Source: an uncultured Flavobacterium sp.
Lineage (GTDB): Bacteria > Bacteroidota > Bacteroidia > Flavobacteriales > Flavobacteriaceae
Reading direction: 5' to 3'
NCBI RefSeq assembly: GCF_963925185.1
Contig: NZ_CAWURC010000027.1
Location: 26,220 to 90,219 of the forward strand
DNA: 64,000 nucleotides
Below, piece after piece: positions 58,495-64,000 of this stretch (positions within the stretch are counted from its first letter, which is position 1; every line of letters starts with the position of its first letter). Under the pieces are notes generated by a model. The model made no database searches. It saw nothing but the letters and a program-made list of their open reading frames with translations, and was not told the origin of the DNA. Made by a program: the position numbers and the translations under genes.

Positions 58495-58647
58495 GGATAA
58501 CAGCTGTTTGGCAAGATTCCGACTTTTGTAGTAAATTCACGTTTACATTTCGCAATAAATTTTATCCTTAGCAGAAAATATAAGGTTACGAAGTTCGCAA
58601 CCTCGCCAAGCGGCCAAACGCCCAACGCCGACCGTCAGCAACAATTA
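58495..58647 (+). repeat. attC-like site (hybrid) upstream of the propeller gene
   Basis: GGATAAC; arm 58502-58525 pairs with 58591-58614 (18/24); then caaacg, a foreign tail cccaacgccgacc and core GTCAGCA (58634-58640). Confidence 0.75.
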
Positions 58648-58660
58648 TAAAACCAACAAT

Positions 58661-59773
58661 ATGACAACCATTGAAAGTAAGAAAGTATTCATAGCAAGAA
58701 ATCTAATTTTGGTTCTTCTGACACTTCAATTCTCATCTTGCACGGGACAAGTGAAAGAAAAATCTGTTAATGATACAATAGAAAATGAAGTCAACACCCA
58801 ACCACTCATTTTAAATCAAAGCACGACCTTTCCGCAAATTCACACCAACTTAAATGGTATGGTAAGAGCGTTTGTAAGGACAATGTATCAAGACAAAAAA
58901 AGGAACTATTGGTTTGGAACAAATGGAGATGGAATTATACGCTATAATGGACAAATACTTGAAAGAATCACCATTGCTGGAATCAGTCCACATTTTAGGG
59001 TTTTAGAGATTGTAGAAGATAAAGTAGGTAATATTTGGTTTGGAACATCCGAAGGACTCATAAAATACGATGGTGTAAAATTTAAAACATTTTCATTCAA
59101 AGAAGGACTGCCAGGTGTGAATGCGGAAATTTGGGGTTTAACAATTGACAATAACGGACTTATTTGGATTGGGGCGACAGGAGGAGTTAGTCAATTTAAT
59201 GGTGAGACGTTTATACCTTTTTCTTTGCCAGCTTCAAAAGTCGAAAATGCAAAACCAATGCTATCTGACAAATTGGTTTTTAAAATCATAGAAGACAAGA
59301 ATGGAAATATGTGGTTTGCTACTGATGGGAATGGGATTTTTAAATATAAAAATGGAGAATTTATTCATTTAACAGCAAAAAGTGAACTTACCGATAATAA
59401 CGTTGCAGATATTTTAGAAGACAAACAAGGAAATATTTGGATTGGAACTTTTAATGGCGGTGTGAGCAAATTTGATGGTAAAACATACACCAACTTCACA
59501 AAGGATGGAATTATTGCAGGTGTAGAAACTTATAATTTTTATGAAGACAGCCTAGGGAATATTTGGTTTACGGCTGAAGGTTACGGTGTTTACCGATATG
59601 ATGGCAATAATTTCAAACAATTCACAACTGAAGATGGCTTGACCTCCAATGTTACACAAAGTCTTTTCGAAGATAACAAAGGACAAGTTTGGTTTGGAAG
59701 CTGGCAAGGATTAAGTATTTATGATGGAAAAATAATTATGAATGCTAAAGACAAAGAAACTTGGACGAACTAA
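58661..59773 (+). CDS. Beta-propeller lipoprotein (two-component regulator propeller repeats), cassette-like gene
   Basis: Lipobox FSSC; repeats DKKRNYWFGT, DKVGNIWFGT, DNNGLIWIGA, DKNGNMWFAT, DKQGNIWIGT, DSLGNIWFTA, DNKGQVWFGS; no kinase domain. Confidence 0.88.
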   Translation: MTTIESKKVFIARNLILVLLTLQFSSCTGQVKEKSVNDTIENEVNTQPLILNQSTTFPQIHTNLNGMVRAFVRTMYQDKKRNYWFGTNGDGIIRYNGQILERITIAGISPHFRVLEIVEDKVGNIWFGTSEGLIKYDGVKFKTFSFKEGLPGVNAEIWGLTIDNNGLIWIGATGGVSQFNGETFIPFSLPASKVENAKPMLSDKLVFKIIEDKNGNMWFATDGNGIFKYKNGEFIHLTAKSELTDNNVADILEDKQGNIWIGTFNGGVSKFDGKTYTNFTKDGIIAGVETYNFYEDSLGNIWFTAEGYGVYRYDGNNFKQFTTEDGLTSNVTQSLFEDNKGQVWFGSWQGLSIYDGKIIMNAKDKETWTN

Positions 59774-59776
59774 AAA

Positions 59777-59902
59777 TAACTGTTGCTAACAGCCGTTTTG
59801 CAAAAGCAGGGGTTTCGTGCTTCTATGAAAGTGAAGTGCTAAATTCAAGCTTTGTGCATCTAATGAAGTTTAGTGCTGAAAATCCCCGCCTTCGCCGAAC
59901 GT
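59777..59902 (+). repeat. attC-like site downstream of the propeller gene, 3' end degenerate
   Basis: Inverse core TGCTAAC (59784-59790); arm 59800-59815 pairs with 59880-59895 (12/16). Confidence 0.75.
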
Positions 59903-59954
59903 AGAAAAAACAGAAATGTCTTGAATATGAAAAATAATTTTTAATATTAATTCG

Positions 59955-60893
59955 ATGAAAAAAATAATAAGAATCTCATTATACAGTTTCCTAGGATTAG
60001 TGCTACTTGTATGCCTTTTGTTTGGATATAGTGACAAATCTGTAGCTGGTTTAAAATCAAAGTACGCACAAGCTCCTTCCGAATTTGTTAAAATAGACGG
60101 TATGAATGTTCATTTCCGTGACGAAGGGAATACACTTGATTCCTTGCCTATTGTGTTGCTCCACGGCACAGGATCGAGCTTGCACACATTTGATGAATGG
60201 ACAGTTATTTTAAAAAAAAATAGACGGATAGTCCGTATGGATTTGCCTGCGTTCGGATTAACAGGTCCATTCCCAGACAAAAATTATTCCATAGATCATT
60301 ATGTAAGTTTTATAGAAGATTTTTTAGCTTCGCAAGGAATTAATCGTTGCATACTTGGCGGAAATTCTTTAGGAGGACAAATTGCATGGAGGCTTACACT
60401 CAAAAGACCGGAAATAGTTGCTAAATTAATTTTGATTGACGCAGCAGGTTATCCTAAAGAATCTACAAGTGAACCCATTGCCTTTACTATTGCTAAAATT
60501 CCCGTATTGAATAAAATACTAACATTTATTACCCCCCGATTCGTAGCGAAAGCCAGCGTTAAAAATGTGTATGCAGAAGATGCTAAAATAACCGAAGAGC
60601 TTGTTGACCGATACTTTGATTTAGCATTGCGTTCAGGAAATCGGCAGGCATTGGTAGATAGAATGAAGGTGGAATATGGCTCAAACTACCTGGACCAAAT
60701 AAACCAAATACAACAACCAACATTGTTGTTATGGGGAGAAAAAGATTCACTAATTACAATTGCAAGCGCTTATCATTTCCATCGTGATTTACCGAATGAC
60801 ACCTTAGTAATTATAAAAAATTCCGGGCATGTACCTATGGAGGAAAGCCCAAAAGAAAGTTTGACCCCCGTTTTAAGTTTTATTCAGAAATAA
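59955..60893 (+). CDS. Alpha/beta fold hydrolase (membrane-anchored esterase/lipase-like)
   Basis: LLHGTGSS, DLPAFG, GNSLGG nucleophile elbow, WGEKD, SGHVPMEE. Confidence 0.92.
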   Translation: MKKIIRISLYSFLGLVLLVCLLFGYSDKSVAGLKSKYAQAPSEFVKIDGMNVHFRDEGNTLDSLPIVLLHGTGSSLHTFDEWTVILKKNRRIVRMDLPAFGLTGPFPDKNYSIDHYVSFIEDFLASQGINRCILGGNSLGGQIAWRLTLKRPEIVAKLILIDAAGYPKESTSEPIAFTIAKIPVLNKILTFITPRFVAKASVKNVYAEDAKITEELVDRYFDLALRSGNRQALVDRMKVEYGSNYLDQINQIQQPTLLLWGEKDSLITIASAYHFHRDLPNDTLVIIKNSGHVPMEESPKESLTPVLSFIQK

Positions 60894-60903
60894 GTATAAT
60901 GTA

Positions 60904-61094
60904 TATTTTTCAAATTATGCAGGATCAAAGGCAAACGTACTAAATTTTTCGCTTCTCTTTATGGTGAATTAAAACCAAAGAGAGTAGATGTATGTGTTTT
61001 ATCTCCAGGTATAACAAACACACCAATGGTAGTAGACAACGGAATGGATTGGAGTAAGACGCCAATGACAAGGCTTGAAAGTATAATGCTTTTG
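60904..61094 (+). pseudogene. Internal fragment of an SDR oxidoreductase with a 1-nt frameshift
   Basis: YFSNYAGSKANVLNFSL (YxxxK) then, after a frameshift near 60955, LYGELKPKRVDVCVLSPGITNTPMV. Confidence 0.8.
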
Positions 61095-61187
61095 AGCCAC
61101 TACTTTTTTATACAAAAATATGGGTAAAAATATTAATTAATATTCCCGTTTTTGTGTGCTTTTTTTTAAGTATGATTTTTACAGAGT

Positions 61188-61535
61188 CTAATCTGGGAAA
61201 ACAAATTCATTTTCGGAAAAATCCAAAACGTCTGATTTCGTAGCGGTACGAATGATTTCGTCGATACCTTTTTGAAGCAACAAGGACGTGGTGTATTTTC
61301 GGCTTGTAGCCACAAGAGTGTCATCAATCATCATTTTAAAAAAATATTTCCCGTTAGCAGCCCTTGATTTTACGTAAGTATAATTGTCTATGGTAGATTT
61401 CATCTCTTCGATGACGGTTGCGCAATCCATCTTTAGTTCAAAAGTCGTGCTTGTAAAAATAGTTTTTCCTTTTCTGGACGTGAATACAAATTTGTAGCGA
61501 TCTTCAAATCGTTTACTGATAACAAATGCTCCCAT
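61188..61535 (-). CDS. YegP / DUF1508 family protein
   Basis: Two DUF1508 half-repeats (YKFVF..RKGKTIFTS; YFFKM....LVATSRKY); likely start ATG 61535. Confidence 0.82.
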   Translation of the reverse strand: MGAFVISKRFEDRYKFVFTSRKGKTIFTSTTFELKMDCATVIEEMKSTIDNYTYVKSRAANGKYFFKMMIDDTLVATSRKYTTSLLLQKGIDEIIRTATKSDVLDFSENEFVFPD

Positions 61536-61621
61536 AAAATAGTGAATGTGCAATTAAAATAGCCTACTTATGGCAAGAATAATATTGTTTTGGTGTATTT
61601 TTAGTCTCTGATATAAAAACC

Positions 61622-61978
61622 CTATTCGTTCATTTCGTCGTAACGTTCGGGAATTTGCGGGTCATACAACGGACATTTGAATTCTTCTAAAGTATCTGCG
61701 AGCAAATTCATCGTTTTTCCTTCGGTTCCGTAGCAATCAATTTTGATACTTTGTGCAGTGGTTTTTACATGAAAAGCGCCTTTTCCTTTTGGGTTTTTCC
61801 AACTATTTTCATCTACTTTTTCCCAGTTCGAAAAAACGGAAGAAATACGATTCAGGATGACTGGAACCGGAAGCGTTTCGAGACCTTCGACCTCTTGTTG
61901 TTCAGCCAAAGCTTCATATACCAAATGATGATTTAAATAAATTCCGTCTTGATATTGCCAAAAAAGTAGTTCGTACAT
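61622..61978 (-). CDS. Hypothetical protein
   Basis: 118 aa from ATG 61978 (MYELLFWQY...CPLYDPQ..RYD); no function recognised. Confidence 0.7.
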   Translation of the reverse strand: MYELLFWQYQDGIYLNHHLVYEALAEQQEVEGLETLPVPVILNRISSVFSNWEKVDENSWKNPKGKGAFHVKTTAQSIKIDCYGTEGKTMNLLADTLEEFKCPLYDPQIPERYDEMNE

Positions 61979-61987
61979 GGATAAAAA

Positions 61988-62014
61988 TTTAAGGTTTAAG
62001 GGTTTAAGGTTTAA
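61988..62014. repeat. Heptamer tandem repeat (TTTAAGG x3.7), intergenic
   Basis: tttaagg tttaagg g tttaagg tttaa. Confidence 0.7.
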
Positions 62015-62061
62015 AAAAAATAACCAATCAACGATTAAACTTTTAAACAATTAAACCATTT

Positions 62062-63240
62062 TTAATATTCGAAAGTTCCGTATTCGCTGCTAATAGTCAA
62101 TTTTTTAACATCGGCTGCTTCCACTCTACCCACAATTTGTGCATCGACATCGAATGATTTTGAAATAGCAATAATTTCCTGAGCAATGGCTTCGGGAACA
62201 TAAATTTCCATGCGGTGACCGCAATTAAAAACTTGGTACATTTCCTTCCAATCCGTTTTTGATTGCTCTTGAATTAATTGAAACAAAGGTGGAACTGGAA
62301 ATAAATTGTCTTTTATTATATGCAGGTTTTGTATAAAATGCAAGATTTTAGTTTGCGCTCCACCGCTACAATGCACCATTCCGTGGATTTCGCTAGACGA
62401 ATATTGGTCTAAAATTTTCTTGATAATAGGCGCATACGTTCGCGTTGGCGAAAGCACTAATTGTCCGGCATCGATTGGTGAATTGTCGACAGCATCGGTC
62501 AATTTTACCTGACCCGAATAAATCAAAGCTGATGGAACAGCAGCATCGAAACTTTCTGGGTATTTGGTTGCCAAATACTTCCCAAAAACATCGTGTCGCG
62601 CAGATGTCAATCCGTTGCTTCCCATTCCGCCATTATAGCTTTTTTCGTAGCTGGCTTGACCAAAAGAAGCCAATCCAACAATTACGTCGCCCGCTTTAAT
62701 ATTGGCATTGTCAATTACTTTAGAACGCTTCATTCGGGCTGTAACAGTCGAATCTACGATGATGGTGCGAACAATATCGCCCACATCGGCAGTTTCGCCA
62801 CCGGTGGAATGAATAGTTACGCCAAAGGAATCTAATTCTTTGATCAATTCTTCGGTTCCGTTGATGATGGCCGAAATCACGTCGGCAGTTATTAAGTTTT
62901 TGTTTCTTCCAATAGTGGAGGAAAGTAGAATATTATCGGTAGCACCCACACACAATAAATCGTCGATATTCATGATTAAAGCGTCTTGCGCAATGCCTTT
63001 CCAAACCGAAATGTCACCCGTTTCTTTCCAATACATATACGCCAAAGACGATTTTGTTCCTGCACCATCAGCGTGCATAATGAGGCAATAATCGGCATCA
63101 TTGGTTAAGTAATCAGGGATAATTTTGCAAAAAGCTTGGGGGAACAATCCTTTGTCTATGTTTTTTATGGCGTTATGCACATCTTCTTTGGATGCCGAAA
63201 CACCGCGAAGTGCATACCGTTTGCTGGAATCTGAACTCAT
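62062..63240 (-). CDS. purM: Phosphoribosylformylglycinamidine cyclo-ligase (AIR synthase, Bacteroidota type)
   Basis: RGVSASKEDV, HADGAGTKS, GGETADV, SNGLTSARH, VFNCGHRM. Confidence 0.92.
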   Translation of the reverse strand: MSSDSSKRYALRGVSASKEDVHNAIKNIDKGLFPQAFCKIIPDYLTNDADYCLIMHADGAGTKSSLAYMYWKETGDISVWKGIAQDALIMNIDDLLCVGATDNILLSSTIGRNKNLITADVISAIINGTEELIKELDSFGVTIHSTGGETADVGDIVRTIIVDSTVTARMKRSKVIDNANIKAGDVIVGLASFGQASYEKSYNGGMGSNGLTSARHDVFGKYLATKYPESFDAAVPSALIYSGQVKLTDAVDNSPIDAGQLVLSPTRTYAPIIKKILDQYSSSEIHGMVHCSGGAQTKILHFIQNLHIIKDNLFPVPPLFQLIQEQSKTDWKEMYQVFNCGHRMEIYVPEAIAQEIIAISKSFDVDAQIVGRVEAADVKKLTISSEYGTFEY

Positions 63241-63355
63241 TTTATTTTGTGTAGTGTTGTTGGTTGTCCATCAAAGGAGGATGCCGCAAATATAAATATT
63301 TTTTTCGGGTATGCCTATTCCGTTTTGATAAGTGTTTTGAAAAATTATCAGACTA

Positions 63356-63387
63356 AAAATGCCTATCCAAAACCGGATAGGCATTTT
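63356..63387 (-). terminator. Intrinsic terminator after glutamine synthetase
   Basis: aaaatgcctatcc / ggataggcatttt 13-bp stem. Confidence 0.82.
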
Positions 63388-63408
63388 CAATAAACTCCTG
63401 CTTAAAAA

Positions 63409-64000
63409 TTATTTGGTAAGCAACAATTCTCTGTATTTAGCTAATGTCCAAGTTTCGTCATCAACTAATAACTCTAATTTGTCACAGTGATTCCTGATTT
63501 CTTCAAAATACGGTTTCACGTTGTTGCAATACGCTTCGGCCATAGCTTGAGCGTCTGTTAAATGGTTTGCTTTCTTTCTTTCGTTAGTCATCGCCTCTAC
63601 TTTAGAATTAATTCCTTCGATATGTCCAGAAATTTCTCGGATTAAGAGAATTTGTTCTTTGGCAAGAACTTTATATTCTTCTCCGAAAATTTCTTTCAAG
63701 CCTTTCACGTTTTCAATCAAAGTGTTTTGGTACCGAATCGCTGTTGGAATAACGTGATTTTGAGAAAGATCGCCTAGAACCCTACCTTCTATCTGAATTT
63801 TTTTGGTGTATTCTTCTAATTCAATTTCATAACGTGCTTCCACTTCTATGTGGTTCATAATTCCCATTTCTGAAAATAAATTCAACGCTAGTCTTGAAGC
63901 TCTAGCTTTCAAAGCTTCGGGAGTTGTTTTGAAATTGCTCAACCCTCTTTTGGCGGCTTCAATTTCCCAAGCTTCACTGTAACCGTCGCCTTCGAAAAGG
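63409..64000 (-). CDS. glnA: Glutamine synthetase type III, 3' part (runs off window end)
   Basis: FEGDGYSEAWEIEAAKRGL, EARYEIELEEY, CDKLELLVDD..W.L.KYRELL. Confidence 0.92.
   Translation of the reverse strand, partial: LFEGDGYSEAWEIEAAKRGLSNFKTTPEALKARASRLALNLFSEMGIMNHIEVEARYEIELEEYTKKIQIEGRVLGDLSQNHVIPTAIRYQNTLIENVKGLKEIFGEEYKVLAKEQILLIREISGHIEGINSKVEAMTNERKKANHLTDAQAMAEAYCNNVKPYFEEIRNHCDKLELLVDDETWTLAKYRELLLTK

Noticed and set aside
58150-58625. ORFs 58150-58389 (+) and 58443-58625 (-)
   Set aside because: They run across attC-like remnants and hairpins, show no protein-like motifs and are better explained as chance frames
57880-59910. CRISPR array interpretation of the repeats
   Set aside because: No identical direct repeats with regular unique spacers and no cas genes
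57437-61553. Integron integrase or other recombinase near the cassette
   Set aside because: No ORF with tyrosine recombinase R-H-R-H-Y motifs in the region or elsewhere in the window
1-64000. tRNA, rRNA, tmRNA, RNase P or SRP RNA genes; prophage genes
   Set aside because: No matching conserved sequence or structure recognised in any intergenic region, and no phage-like ORFs

Overview
AT-rich chromosomal segment of a Flavobacterium-type member of Bacteroidota (gldI, T9SS C-terminal domain, TAnnTTTG promoters, rpmB-rpmG-DUF4295/bL38-ftsY, long SecA, type III glutamine synthetase). Most of it is housekeeping. Accessory or unexplained parts: (1) 1-5.9 kb amine/semialdehyde catabolic cluster; (2) 6.0-9.5 kb operon of exported proteins (ankyrin, DOMON-T9SS, OB-fold, DUF5777 barrel, monoheme cytochrome c lipoprotein, YceI) that may be an envelope heme/redox module; (3) intact IS982-family element with 18-bp inverted repeats and a 9-bp target duplication; (4) DUF6702/HupE-UreJ/M1 peptidase cassette bracketed by two copies of the 3' end of a B12 radical SAM gene; (5) 57.9-61.1 kb variable region with integron-cassette-like architecture (attC-like hairpins, complementary core sites around one gene, decayed neighbours, no integrase in the window) plus an SDR pseudogene fragment. 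Also several REP/MITE-like palindromes, short tandem repeats inserted in frame in proteins, and three small ORFs missed by the supplied track. No tRNA, rRNA or CRISPR array was recognised. All product calls come from motif recognition, not database searches.
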